DNA of 64,000 nt, from assembly GCF_037042905.1 (NCBI RefSeq), contig NC_087251.1, positions 23,872,001 to 23,936,000 on the forward strand, read 5' to 3'. Below, one piece after another: positions 1 to 15,162 of this stretch (positions within the stretch are counted from its first letter, which is position 1; the number at the start of each line of letters is the position of its first letter). The DNA is from Lytechinus pictus (lineage: Eukaryota). The position numbers and the translations under genes were made by a program. A model generated the notes under the pieces. The model saw nothing but the letters and a program-made list of their open reading frames with translations, was not told where the DNA came from and ran no database searches.

Positions 1-572
1 TAAAATAATTTTCATTTCTATTATTGAATGTAATTATACATGAATTCAGGTGTGTAATTTTTCAAATTGAATTTGAATTTGAAAAAATACAACCATGTAA
101 AGATTATTTCAGGGTTTGAAGAAAATATTTGAATATGACATCACAGTCACAAATACAAACACTTACAGATACAGGTTATTGTGAATAGTACTTTTGTAAT
201 ACAAGTCTGAGGTTTTTTGTTTTCTCACAATGTTAAGCTCTTGGGCAAATAGAAACCCTGAGAATTGTTCAGACTGATTTGCAATACTATCATTGAATCA
301 GGGAATATTCATATTGACTTAAGTTTTCAGCTTTCACAAAGAACCACAGTTTGGAACAGCAATCAAGCTTTGACTTAATGTAACATTACCACTAAGTTCA
401 AATTATTCAGTGCTCACTCCTGAGACTTAAAAACACATTTGAACTTTTTTAATACCAATCTTGTATCTTTAGAAACAATTTTTTATCAAGATTACAACTA
501 ACTTTTACTATGGTACCCTCCTTAGATTATCATCTTCACAAAGAATGTATATAATCTGTGTTAATATGTCAT

Positions 573-640
573 AATATTGTTCTTAGTTTTTAAAATTAGT
601 TATTGTGCTATAACTAATTTTTAAAACTAAGAACAATATT
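573..640. repeat. Foldback inverted repeat (31-bp arms, 6-nt loop)
   Basis: 573-603 vs 610-640, one mismatch. Confidence 0.9.
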
Positions 641-875
641 TGTTTTTCTGAAAAACAAAAAATGATCATGTGTTGTTCCTTAAAACTAGTATGGTAAATG
701 TAATGCATTAAAATTTTCATCTTTCTAGCTATTTTGTATTTAGAATGCATCATACTTTTTATTTTCAGGTAAAAAAATATCCAATGCTAAATTTCCACAT
801 GTATGTCAAAGGCATGTACATGTAAGTATGAAGAGCATTGAATATTGTAATGAAAACCAAATTCTGTTTATTTCA

Positions 876-1749
<874 letters not shown>

Positions 1750-3251
1750 TGTATGGTATCAATGTGCATATGAGATATTCAATGGGAGAGAATAAATTGA
1801 AGATACATTAAAAATATCATTCTTTCGTGTATATCTCTTTGTATATCTCTATTTCTTCTATCCTTCTTCAATATCTTTAAAAACTTATCCGAATCGCAAA
1901 TTTTATGCAGTTGGTCTGCACGTACATGCAAAGGTCGGCCGACAAATGTACATGAATATTTTACTGATGTACAATATGCTCCTTTCCATGCTCCATCTTT
2001 TTCAGTCCTTCTGGCTTTTCCTCTCCCACATGTCTCTCCCACCCTCTCCACTCCCCCCCCCCCCCATCCCCCAACTATCTCAACCCACTCCCTCTCTGCA
2101 TATCTCCATTACTCCCTTCCTTCTTCAATCTTAAACACTTGTCTGAATCGCACATATTACGCAGTTTCTCTCCATTCTCCATCCCACTTCTCTTCCGTTT
2201 CTTCATAAATGCAAACAGGGAATAATAGAAAGGCAAACTCCAGGAGCATGCTGTTTATCCTCTCCAATAGCAAGGGTTACTGCAGAGTTTGTCTTGTACA
2301 TGATTGCAGCGCCTCAAGATACAGAAAACCCTTCGGGCAAGAGACCATTGGAAGTATGATAGAGAAGCACTAAGACCATCATGATAATGATGTGAATAAT
2401 TAACCTCATTCACGGAAAAGAAAAACTAGATCCCAAGGAGAGAGAGATTGTAGAGGTTTTTCCTATAGTAATGCCAAGGAGGTAAAGGGTACATCTTTGG
2501 GGCAACCTGGCACACCCTGGAGTGTAATTGGTAATCATTCGATCAGCCTGATTACCTCTTCAATTTTAACAGACTTTAATTTTGATTCTTGAATTAATAT
2601 ATTCTTTTAACCATATACTTATATATACAATTTGATTAGATTAATATTTGCTAACTCTCATCCAAAGTTTAGGTACATGGACAACATTTCAACAGGCATA
2701 CAGGTACATGTAGACCACAGATCCTGTTAACGTCACATACATGTAAATCAAACTTATTTTACATTAAATTATATCAGTTAAATGTCTATTAATGAATATA
2801 ATTAAAGACATGTGGATGCAGTCAAATCAAGTATTTCAGCATATATCAAAAAATGCATTCAATCCATGAATTATGCATATATCGTGTCATGGTTGCATTC
2901 AATCCATGAATTATGCATCAAATCATGTCTGGGAGATCATCAGATCATCTTCTCTGATACAATGCAGTGCATACATGTATATAAATGGGACTTCAACAAA
3001 ACCAGACAATATGAATTCCTTCTAAAGCAATTACTATATATACAAAGCCCTTTCTTCGATTTCCCTAAGGGCATGAGGCTATTTTAAAGCTCATTAATGA
3101 TGAGCTTATACTCGTATGACATTCACAGGTATCATTCCCATGCTGCATACTAACCATCTTCAGATATTTGCTTATATTAGATATTCACACCAAGCCAGCC
3201 AGCATCCAGCTTAGAAACAGTCTCATGGCAAAAGAGATGTGGTGACATTTA

Positions 3252-3684
3252 GACACTGTTCTCACTACCTTCCTAAAACTATTTTACTGGAAACTAGTTT
3301 AACGTGAAGTGAGAACGGTCGAAGCAATCTTGCAAGCGATCTTCCAAACCGGTTCAGAAAACCACCTCGCGATGTAGTTTTCAAGATCGCTTTGCCTCAT
3401 TAAACTGGTTTTAGCGTAAGTGAGGACACAACCGTTCTTCGGGAAGCGATCTTCGCACATTTTGAGCGTGCTACTCCACATGACAGGTGTAGAATGCCTA
3501 TGCTGCAATTTCGAATTTTGCACGAAACGTGTCACCCCACTGAGCTTTTCCATAGCAACAAGATTGCTTTTACGTGAAGTGATTTTGAAAATCACTTTCG
3601 TGCGATCAAGTGGGAATGCTAGCAAAGCGATCTTCCAAACTGGTTTCTTGAAAAAGTTTTACAAAGTGTAATGAGAACGGTGTC
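3252..3684. mobile_element. PIF/Harbinger-like MITE
   Basis: TIRs GACACTGTTCTCACTAC / GTAATGAGAACGGTGTC; TTA TSD. Confidence 0.8.
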
Positions 3685-4324
3685 TTATTCCCAATTACAG
3701 TTTACTCAATACAAGAGTGAATATTGCTAAAGGATTTAAGAGAACAGACTGAGTGACGGAGGAGATAGCAGAAAATTAGGAAAGATGAAAAGGAAAAATA
3801 ATAAATGGTGGTGTACTTGTTGTGACATTGATGAAAGGGGCAGTCCTGAGTTATTTAAAGAAAATTTCAGGTTGTTGGAGCTTCAAAATACTTCAACTTG
3901 TAAATTTGGGATGAATTTCATAGGTTAAAGATGCATGTCCACTGCAAAGGAGACTGAGCGATCTTGATAGCTGAAGTCTTCCAGTAATGTCTCTTGTCTC
4001 AGAGCACACATGACTCTCTGCAAATATTGCTTTTAAATTCATTTTAATTTTCGATAATTAACAAATTTACAGCAAATATAAAATTTTCAAAGATACATTA
4101 TTTCATTTACAGTTTTGTATACAATTTATTCTCATGAACTGTAACTAAATGTCATATTTAAAGGTAAAAAGAAGTAGCACAGTTCTCAAAATAGTGGCCA
4201 ATTCAAGAATCAATCAAATAGAGAGAGGGGAGATATCCATTCCCCAAAGCACAGTTCAATGCAACAGTCACATCAATGATTAAACCAACTTCATACTGAC
4301 AGATACTACATTATTCAAACTTAA

Positions 4325-4891
4325 AGGTCAAGTCCATCCCAGAAAAATATTGATTTGAATCAATTGAGAAAAATCAAACAAGAATAACAATGAAAATTTC
4401 AGCAGAATCGGATGTAAAATAAGAGAGTTATGACATCTTAAAGTTTCGCTTATTTTTCACAACTCAGTGACATGCAAATGAGACAGTCGATGATGTCCCT
4501 CCCTCACTATTTCTTGTTTTGATTGTTTGAATTATACAATATTTCATTCTTTACAAAATTGACAAAACTTGACTGAACCATATAGTATTAAACAATGCTA
4601 GTTCCACATGTTCATTGGGGATCATTGTTTCACTTGCCAACGAGCAGAAAATTAGAATATTTTGTATTTCATTTAATAAAATACAAAAGAAATAGTGAGT
4701 GGATGACGTCATCAGTCTCCTCATTTGCATACCGACTACATGTAGGATGTGCATATAACTGTTTTGTGAAATTAAGCTACACTTTAAAAAGTCATATCTT
4801 TATTTTACATTTGATCATATGTTCAGTGTTATGCTTGTTGGATTTCCCCCTCTTTATTCAAATCAACTTTTTTTGGGGGTGGACTTGTCCT
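4325..4891. mobile_element. Kolobok-like MITE, family A
   Basis: TTAA TSD; AGGTCAAGTCCA...TGGACTTGTCCT termini with long imperfect TIRs; other copies at 42.3 and 56.6 kb. Confidence 0.85.
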
Positions 4892-7445
4892 TTAACATAC
4901 AAGGGCCATTCATTCTGGAGCAGGTTCCACTAGTCTGACTGAGGCATGAATGTACACATCCATGTGAGCTGCGCCATATTGAAAGCTTTTAGTGTAATGA
5001 ATGTGTCTGGTTTTTCAGTGAGCTATGGTTGACAGTTTCGGGGGTTTTTAGTCAGGGTAACTTATCCTGAAACCAACCGCCTGTCTCCTTGCCAACAGGT
5101 TCTCTATGAATGAGTGATGAACATGCTGCACAAGGAGGTTCTAAATGAAGCCTGTTCAGACATCAATACATTTACATTGGAACTTGGCAACGAAACGTCA
5201 TACAAGACTTTAGCATAGTTTAGGAACCGTTCAGACACATATCAACCGCTTAGATCAATGTCAGATGAGAAGTTTTCCAATGCACATGTTGTAACTGTTG
5301 GCTGTTGGACCTTATCAAGATGAATTAATGTTCTATAATCATGTGTTCAAACAACCATGCAAAACTATTCTCTGACAAGTTTATCGTAAGTCTGTGTTCA
5401 CAGTCAAACCATCCATGTGCAAACACAGGAATCCATTATGAAGCTACCATGTATGTACCATTTGCTTTTAAATAGCGCTTAACATCAGAACGTTTTTAAG
5501 TGCTTTATATGGATATGCCTACATTACCATGGTCATTGGATATCACTCTAGAGATGTTTTGTGCACCTGAACATGGGGTTAGAATGAACTTGGTTTGGTA
5601 TCTCATTACCTGGAAAGCTAACAAGGACTGAGGGGTATTGCTCAAGGTTGTCACATTAAATGAATGAGCTGTCTATAGATCTACCAACCAATCAACCTTC
5701 CCACACAGTTGATAGAAAGAACCTGAATTCTGTTTATATTCTGTGACAGAGAATTCAAAATTATATCAAATAATAGAAAATACAATAATAAATATCAACT
5801 TGAAACATTTTTAAGGACTTCAAGTCAAGCTTTTATTTCTGAATCCCTGTAAATCTTATATGCTGACTCAATAATTCATTTCAATTTCATTATAAAATAT
5901 TAAGTCCAAACTTTCAACCATCTTGAACCCCCCCCCCAAAAAAAAAAATAATAATAATAATAATAATAGTAATTAATGAATAAATGAGTAAACTGAGACT
6001 TCCAGGTAAAACTCATCCTGGAATAAATATTCTGTTTTTAATTCAGAAAGCAAAATATTGAGGTACAGGACTATGATTTTTTTCAACAAATTTTGATTAA
6101 AAACAAGAGAGTTATATATTTTAAAACTTTCATCAATAGGCTTTAGGCCTACATGCTTGAAGCCAAAGAAGAGTAGAGCAAAATCAATCATTGTAAAGTT
6201 AATTGAGCGAAACAACAATAATGTTCGGATGTAGGGAGCAAGACATTTTTCTCATTTACTTGCAAATGTGAAAGAGGGCTTGTGGGTATATATAATCCAT
6301 GTTTCTCAGTCCCCAGGGGCAGGGGCCTCGGTATAAAAGAGGTTCTCAAAGAATAACACACAAAATGTGCATAGACATATTCATAGCTTATGAATGAAAA
6401 CACATATCTCTCTGAAAATTCACAAATAAAGTTATTTGTAAAACAACGACACACCATAAGCAATTTATTGACCTTACATGTATACATTATGAGCTTGAAA
6501 TTAAAAATTATACAACAGCTTTGGATAAATTAATTAGATATACATGAATAAACAACTATTTTTTATGATTCTGTATTTGATTCCAACACTGCACTTTATA
6601 TTTCAAACATGAAATGATAGCTTAGAACAGAACTTTATCAAAGTGAGCATTGCACACTGCCCATTCCATTACACTTTCACACACAGCAGTGGGAAGAGAA
6701 ATTTTCACTTGCAAATTTCTACGAGTTAGCCAGAGGCATATAGGCCTGATTATGTGGGCACATCTAGAGGGCTGCATGGTAATTTGTGTGGAGCACTACT
6801 TGTCTCTTTCAATAGTACTGCCATCTTCATTGAAGAAAGAAGAGCCCTTTCTCTCGACATGTTCACGCAATTTCTCTGGGTGCTTTTTTTTCTCCTAATA
6901 TTCGATTCTAGCTCACTTTTTGTGAGAGGGAATTACGGAGGGTTGAGGTTGTACTTTCGAGCAGATTTTAAAGGTTACTTGTCTTCAGGGGTAGATGTTA
7001 CAATAGAGATTGACTCTGAAATAAGTCAAATGTAAGTTGACACCTGATACAAGGATAGGCATATACATGTATATATATATAAACTCATCATCATCACGAA
7101 AGATATGTAAATTGCACAATGAATCAAATATGACAACTTCTTAGGGCTTTTCTTTTAGGAAAATATAAACCTGCATGGAAATTACTTGTTATCATAAATG
7201 TGCAAGATTTGTATCTATACATAAATACTGTAATCTGTATATTGGTATATTATGTCCAGAATTCCCTTTTCAACAAATAAGCCTACTCTTCCCTTCAATT
7301 TGCATCTCTTATCAGTTGACTTAAGTGTTGTCCACATTTAATGAAAATTTGGAAAGATAACTTGTGAGGTTAAACAATGAATCATATTTATTCTTACATT
7401 AATTCAACTACTGATGATGTAGACTCATTATACAGTTGGTTTGAG

Positions 7446-8294
7446 CATGGACCTATTACGAATGGACATTCAACGAATCCCCTCCTTTGACACAGAGACC
7501 GTCGCCGCTAATCCTTTTATAAACAGAGCGCTGGCAGCTGACACCCATCAAGCCGGTCGTAAAACATGCTCTCACTGATTGACAGCGGAAATCAATTGTA
7601 CGCTGCTCCTACCATGGACCTATTACGATGTTGTTCGTTCACTTTATCAAAAGCAACGCACAGCAGCGAACGTTAGCGCTATGAAAATGATAGCAGAAAC
7701 AAGAAAACAGGCGTGCATAAACGTATTTTTTACGTACATCGCTAACAACCGGAGATGAAATGCATTGACATCACCTTGCAGATCCGTATATCTACGGCAA
7801 AAAAGCAGTTGAAATTCGACGAAAAAATCTGCGGAAAAACGTTAAAATCTCAGCTTTTTCGGACAGTATCGATGTCGATAGTAGCGCTTACCTTCGGTCA
7901 GAAGTTGATTTTCATTTGGGCATAAAATTCCACAGGATTGATGAAATTTAACGGGATTTTTTTTGATGGACAGACGACAATCGCACATTATAGAGAGCCT
8001 AAAATAATGTACTGAAAAACCGGATATGAATTGCGCATTGCATTCTAGGTAATGTAAGGACTTTCCCTATTGGCAATCGGGGCTACAACATGACCGTCTT
8101 TGGTCGAAAGAGGGCCAGTGATCGATCGGTGACGATCATCGGGCGAAAGGAGCTTGTGTAAACAATCACCCCGGGCGGTCGTTGTAAAAACCGCGTAAAG
8201 AGAAAGTTAAGGGTTAGACAGCAATTTTGACAGCTGGAAACAGGTGGTGGTCATAAAATGCTCTCGTTGAATGTCCATTCGTAATAGGTCCATG
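7446..8294. mobile_element. P-element-like non-autonomous transposon
   Basis: Perfect 31-bp TIR CATGGACCTATTACGAATGGACATTCAACGA; 7-bp TSD GTTTGAG; CpG-rich interior. Confidence 0.85.
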
Positions 8295-11200
8295 GTTTGA
8301 GTAGTAGGCAAGTATGACTCACTCACCGGTAGAAAAAAAAATACATTAAACTTTTAAAGAGTGCAAATTCGGTGTTGCTGTACATTTGAAGGTAAAGATC
8401 TCCAGTGAATATAACTTGCTCCAACAACTGAAAAAGAATGTTGCTCACTTATTGACACTGCAAAAAATTGGAATACTGAAATGCACATAATCATAGTATT
8501 TCAGTTCTTAGAATAAAAATTAATTTCAAGTGTACTGTATAAATACATAAGTTTGGTACAGATAATGTCTAAAATATTTTCCATTAAAAAAAAAGACAAT
8601 CTGCTAAAAAGCTGATAATGAAAGGCAGTGGTCAGTGAAAGCTCGACAACTGTAAAATATCTCAAGTTAGTCTTGTATTTGTTAGAATGTAAGAATGGAT
8701 GAAGTGTAAAAGAAGTGTACCATAATGTTATTCATGTCCTTGCTATTTTTTGTTGTAATATTCATACATCTTTGACAGAGTCAATATATGATTCACAGTG
8801 CCCACCATGCTTTGCTAGCATGTAATAAAAGATTCAATATTGGAAGCAGCTGGTGCCACGAGGTAAAGACACAGTTTCATGAGATTGTGAGGGAGATGGC
8901 AAAGGGTTGATTTGATTTATTTACCAGGTCTACTCTAGATGTGGACATGTTAGAGAGTATCAGGGTCAATATGGCACCGATAGTAATACATGTATAGCTG
9001 AAGATAACATATTATTAGAGTAGCCTTTTTTCAATGCAATATCTATTGTTGTTTTGTTTGCAATGAGTGATTATTTATCTAAATAGGGTTGTTATCAAAC
9101 AGCAACATACATGTAAATGATCAGTCAAAATAAGTGGCTTAAAAGTTACAGCAATCTTCTTAGAAAGATAAATGACTTCTATCTCATTTTATGAAATCTT
9201 CCAAAGGACATATCCTTTTCAAATCCTGTTTAGGATATTCTGTAGCACTGAAATATCCTGTAAACCTAATGTAGATTGTTCTTGCCTTCCTGAATCATAC
9301 AAACTTATATTGAAGAGGGGATCTTTATCACAACAGAATTACAACCCTTTAAAAAATCATAACAGTACCATACTCTTACTCTTACTATCTACACTTAAAT
9401 CCAACATCCATTTTAATGCTGACATACAAAATACATGTATGATAAACAATTGATATCGCCTCAGTATTCAAATGACTTGCCTAAAAAAAAGGCTATAAAC
9501 TTGGCATATCATGAACTCTTTATGTACATGTATTTTGTCTTTAAAATATATTATGTTTATTATCGCAGTAAAAATGGGAATACTTGCTACATGTATAACA
9601 TTCCTAACTCTTTATATACAGATGTTTTGTCTAGTCTTTTATGTTCCTAATGCACATCTTTCTTGATGGACATGAAAAATGTTAACAACTTTACATCAGC
9701 ATTTAATGGAATTAATTTCTCATTATTACTACCACACTAAATTATGATCGTGCAGTTGCCAAGTTGCCCCCCTTGCCATAAACATGTAAAAGATTGATTG
9801 CATTAGTGTTGGCATAGAAACATAGTTTGATTACTCCCACTTTGACTCTGTTGGTATGGTGACCTGGAATAACTGCAAATTTGCAAAGGAAAAAAGCAAG
9901 GGATCATTTGCACACCTCTCAGTTTCATCTAGACTGTCAACATCTCCAAGGTCCTCATGACTTTCTTGAGAACATGTAATTCAATTTACAATTAGATTTT
10001 TTTTAATGAATGTGTACACTTGTTTTGTGTACATAAGGTGATTATCAACAAAATTGTTGCACGCACTGTACTTCTACATTTACATGTATGTAACACACCT
10101 CTTTAATACTACCAAACTCTTAGTATACTTTGCTGGTCCAAGTACTTCTTAAATCATCATTAAAAAAAAGCTTGAAAATATGATCAGACATTTTTTTTCT
10201 ACATGGAGTCTGAGGTCATTTCAAAACATACATGTACCTTTAAACATGCTTTGTAATTGTATGGATCATGCAAATAGATATTGCAAATTAAGATCTGATC
10301 ACAACAAGTGGTTTCTTTTGCTGTCCTGAGTATTTTGATAAATTTTGTTTAATCTGCTCGGTGAAAATAGCCAAGCAAAATCAAAAACAAAAAGAAACAG
10401 GTAATCAATAACTTCTTGTTGCTTCAACCTGCTTTGACTCCATTATGTCTATCACTTCCAGCTTGCAAATCAAATACATGTAGTAGAAGCAACAGGAATA
10501 TTTTCCTCATCCTCATGTTTCTAGAACCAGGAGGAGAAATTCAAGAGGATGAAAACACGGAAAGAGAAGGGCCTCATCATCAGCTCCATCTCGTTGAAGT
10601 TTTATTTCCATCTCTGGTCGGCCGCATGCCACGGGGCATGCGCATTGGCAGGTGGGCTTACGTTACTCTGACGCAACCGCCTCCCCTCTACTCCACACAT
10701 CTCGACTAGGAGCATCATCACTGGTGAGATGCGTGTCCTGAGAGAAGCAAGCCGTACCATGACTCATAGAAATGAGGCACAGAGTAGGGGGAATCAAACA
10801 TCACCGTCAGGGTTTCTTGTTGATTTTAGATGCGACATACATGTACATGTACATGAAAAATCATTTGCTGAATCATGTTATTCGCACATTCAATTTACTA
10901 CAATCATTAAGATTTATTACTGTTCATCCATTCTTCTGTTTTAAACATGTATTCTTATTTATTACCAAGAGTGAAAAGCAGAAACTATCAATAAATATTG
11001 AATTGTAAACTCTAAATGAGTGCAAACTATACATTTACATGTACATGAACAACATGACCATACTGCCTATTAAGTTTTGCCACTATTCCAATTAAATGAA
11101 GAGTCAAAATTTAGATGGTAGCCATTAAAACTGACTTTTTAATACCCACACTTATACAACATGACAGCATGTATAAATAAACCCCCAAATACTGCAGAAA

Positions 11201-14200
11201 GAATGCTATGGCAAGACCAGAAACTGAAGAGAAAAAAAATCAGGCATACATAATTCATCAATCCCATGACCTGCCTATCATTAATATCTTCAGAGCCTCC
11301 ACTGATGAATACATTATAATGAATCCTAATATGTCGCCATGGATACAATAATCACCCCGTGGAATAGATCTGTGTGCCGGGTAACCACCAGAACTCAGAG
11401 TAAAAAAATTCTTTATTTGGCCTTAGCACAGAAAGTTAGATTTTTGCTTCAGTTGGCTGGGGAAAAAAATCACATAACACTATCCAAGCAGCCCCCCCCC
11501 CCAAAAAAAAAAAAATAATAATAATAATAAAAAATAAATGAATGAAAACATTATACTGACATACAGTCAATTTGCCATCAATGTGTATGGTTATTTTGTA
11601 AATGAGTGATTTGATGTTTTCTTAATAAATCATTCAAAATATTATAGTAGACCTGTGTCGGTCTACATCATATTATGGGGGTATAGGCCTAATTATTCAG
11701 AATATATTAATTATTGTTGTGTTTTTAATGAAATGAAATTAAATCTAGATAAAATATTGTATCTACAGTACATGTAGTTTGTGCAGGCCCAAACAATCAA
11801 TTTTTTTTGTTTATATTCCCCAAATGACTGGACTTTAACATGTGCTATGATCTACATGTAAAAGAATGGAAATATTTAAAGCTTTAATTATTCATTCACA
11901 GAGCCCCTTTATAATACTTCCTATTGATAAGGTAGTCAGGAAACTGATGTACCACTTCTCTACTCAGCCATGACATGGAATGCATAGAATGCTATGTGAA
12001 TTTCACAGTGCATTCTTCAGGGTTGAAGAGGTGTGTTTACAATGTCTGTTTTACATGTACAGTACTGGAGATATTCAATAAGCTCCATGGACTTCTCTTA
12101 ATCACAGATTAAACAAAATGGACAGTTAATAGGGGTTACAATCCCATCAGTTGATTCCAGTCGAGTAACAACAAGCAAACTTTTTCAAACTTTAATTTTT
12201 TTTTGTACAATACTAGAAATAGAGATTTAATTTAATAAATAGTTACTCTATAGAAACCAGCATAACTGGAGTTTCAACAAGCAGACCCATAGTAGGCCTA
12301 CATTTACTGTATACAAGTAAGCTCTACTGCTCTCATGTAAGTTTCACTGTAAATCACATGCACTGTATTATCTAAAGGACAATGTACAAACAGTCTGCCA
12401 ACATGCAGGTAGGCCTACATGTATTTGTCAATTATGCAATATTCATTCACGATCAACTGTGAAATATACTATGTTTCCACATTCAATTTCAGCAATGTAT
12501 AGTCAATGCCTCAAAGAGAAAAATAAATCATTGAATACTGGAAGTCTTTAGCTGGGATTTCCTCCTTCTGTTTTCCTTTGACATGCATGTTTTTCCTGAA
12601 CAGGGGAAAACTAGTGACACAGATTTACATGTATGTAGTTTAACTACAAACATCTGTGTCAGTACAGTAGAACGAATATTAAAGTATGCACTACAAATGG
12701 AACATGTATACTGTTGTGTTGATTTTTAATATTTTAATTAATTTTGATTAATTAATTGTATTAATTTTCTTTCAATTATTGTTATATACATGTAGGCCTT
12801 TTACATATTTGAAAATATTGTTTCAGTGGTGTTATAGCTACAGTGGACGGCAGTGGTCGGCCCAACTGGCAGAGAAGAAATAAACCTGTTTGCAAAATCA
12901 CAAGATTTTTTTTTTTCACTACAATTGTTATATCAAAATGTTTGAAGACTGAAAATGTGAAAGATAAATAGTTTGAAACTCTCAAAGTACGTACAAAAAT
13001 TACAAAATTTAATTTCTTTGGCAAAAAAATTAAGGTTCAAACTTTTCATATTTATTAGGCCAATCCAAAATGACACCAGTCACTCTGCTTTCATGTACAA
13101 TGTACATTTGCACCTTTACAGACAAACAAAATGAAGTGGGTGGTTATTGGGCATCCACCCTGGTTAATTTTCTTATTACTCTCATATGATTTGTTCTTTC
13201 TCCACATAACACATCATTTTATGTGATTCTTAAAATATCAAATGTAAATATAAAATCCAGATCTTGATCTTCTTGGCCGAGAAGGAAATTCAGAGTTTAC
13301 AAAGTTTATCTATAGAAGCAGAAGGAACATACTGTACGTGTATAAGGTCAAGAAGTACAGCAATAAATCTTGCTCAGGAGACAAAGCTAACAATCAATGC
13401 ATGGACTCTGGAACCTGAAACTAATACAATAATGAAAATAAAGCTAATAAAATTAGAAACTGAGCAAATGTACTCATGCATCCCTTGGCTTTAATATTTT
13501 GTACTTCATGTGAGCACAGCAGAGCGGCATTCGGTCTACATGTAGATTCATTTCTTCTTAAAACAAAAAGATAATATTACAGTAAAGCCCCTATCAAAAG
13601 ACCATTTCCACATTTATTCTGTAAGTTGCGCTGTGGCTATATCTTACCAATTCTAAAAAAAAAGAACTCTTACTACTATACATTTATTCTATCAATGAAT
13701 CACCAAAGAACATTTGGCATCTTTTTTTTTTGTTTCCTTTTTTTTTTTGGGGGGGGGGGGTTATTTTTAAAAGCAAAGGTTGTATAATAGAAACTGCTTC
13801 AACTGTGTGAAAGCACACACTATTCTGACACTTGGTTCTTCAATAACCAAGTACACAACATACATGTAGGCCGGCAGCTACAAAGAGTTTTCAATCTGGA
13901 ACTGGCTCTACCTCTCAAGCTGCAAGTGGAGAAGGTGGTCAGAGTAGGTGTCTGGATGTATGTATACATGTATTAGAAATTCATGGTTTACTGTCACAGC
14001 TTTTATTGAATATGGATATTGATTATTGTGTGAAAGGACTGAATACCCCTGTGGTAGGTTCAGTGCCTCTTGGCTATTATCTCAGTCGCCACAATACTGG
14101 AGCATGTTGGCACCATATGACACTGTTTATTGGGGTCGCTCCAAATCAATAGGAATATATCTTCTGATTTGATTATACGCTCTTCAAAGCATCCTCAACT

Positions 14201-14715
14201 TTGAGATCATCCGACACTTTATTAAATATAATTCTAAGCTCAAGAAAGTAGCACAGCAGAAGGGTATAAGATTTACTTTTTTCAGTTTCAACAATATCTA
14301 ATAACTATTTCTGTTGAGGTTAAGCTAGGTCATCCACGGTTTGATAAACATCACTGGCAAGTGAACTTGCATGTTTTTTATGATTTCCTAGTTTTACAGG
14401 CACCAATCTTCATCTTGCATTTGACTTTGTTTTTCAAATCACTAGCATAATGCATGTTCTAATAATAATACCTTTTAGAAATATACCAGTATATCGATCA
14501 TTCCTGGTTCCAGGAGATTGATTCCACAATGTAGGAATCGGTTCTAGAAACAACTGCCTTACCAAAGGCAACTGCGCAGACTTTATTCCAAACCTCAAAG
14601 TTACATGCTAGTACAGCACTACTGAGGTCACTGCACTTAACTCCTCATTTTCAAACTTTAAATGCAATAGAGATCTCCTTTTTAAAGTGCCAATGAAATG
14701 TTTATGAAGACTCAC

Positions 14716-14982
14716 CTTAGCCTCACCCAAACCAAGCTCAAGACTCTCAAGGGACTTCTCGATGATATCAGTCTTTTCCTCCACCAGGTTGGAATCACCT
14801 GGTTGGTCTTTCTTGAGCATCTTGAGGCTCTGGTAGAGGCTGTTAAGGATGTCATTATGTTCATTCTTGAGCTGTTCCAGACCCTTGATCACCTCCCTGG
14901 TGCCTGTGATGATCTGCTCCTGGGACAGGTTCTGCTGACCTCCGCTGCTGTTGTTGGGAGTGGAAGGCTTCGACCCAGACAT
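14716..14982 (-). CDS. KLC: Kinesin light chain, first coding exon
   Basis: 267 nt (89 codons), MSGSKPSTPNN...LSQEQIITGTREVIKGLEQLKNEHNDIL...LELGLGEAK; in-frame TGA shortly upstream of the ATG; GTGAGT donor at 14715; joins exon 1163-933 in frame. Confidence 0.97.
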
Positions 14983-15162
14983 TGCGGTGATGCTGATGGC
15001 GAGACTTGATCAAGAAGGAGCCAGGGGATGGGAGGTGACGGGGGTAAAGCCCCAACTGGTCCGTTTGGTACTACTCCTCTTGTGTCAGAGATTGGTAGTT
15101 ATAGCCACTTTGAAGATACAAATGAACAGTCTAATGCTAAACAAACAGGCACTAGTGATTTT
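14983..15162 (-). other. KLC: Predicted 5' UTR part of the KLC first coding exon
   Basis: Pyrimidine tract plus TACAG acceptor at 15164-15163 on the minus strand. Confidence 0.55.

Noticed and set aside
2854..2918. 25-bp direct repeat with 40-bp period
   Set aside because: Simple local tandem duplication with no further structure
6650..7035. ORFs or alternative exon in the KLC intron
   Set aside because: No convincing splice sites or protein similarity
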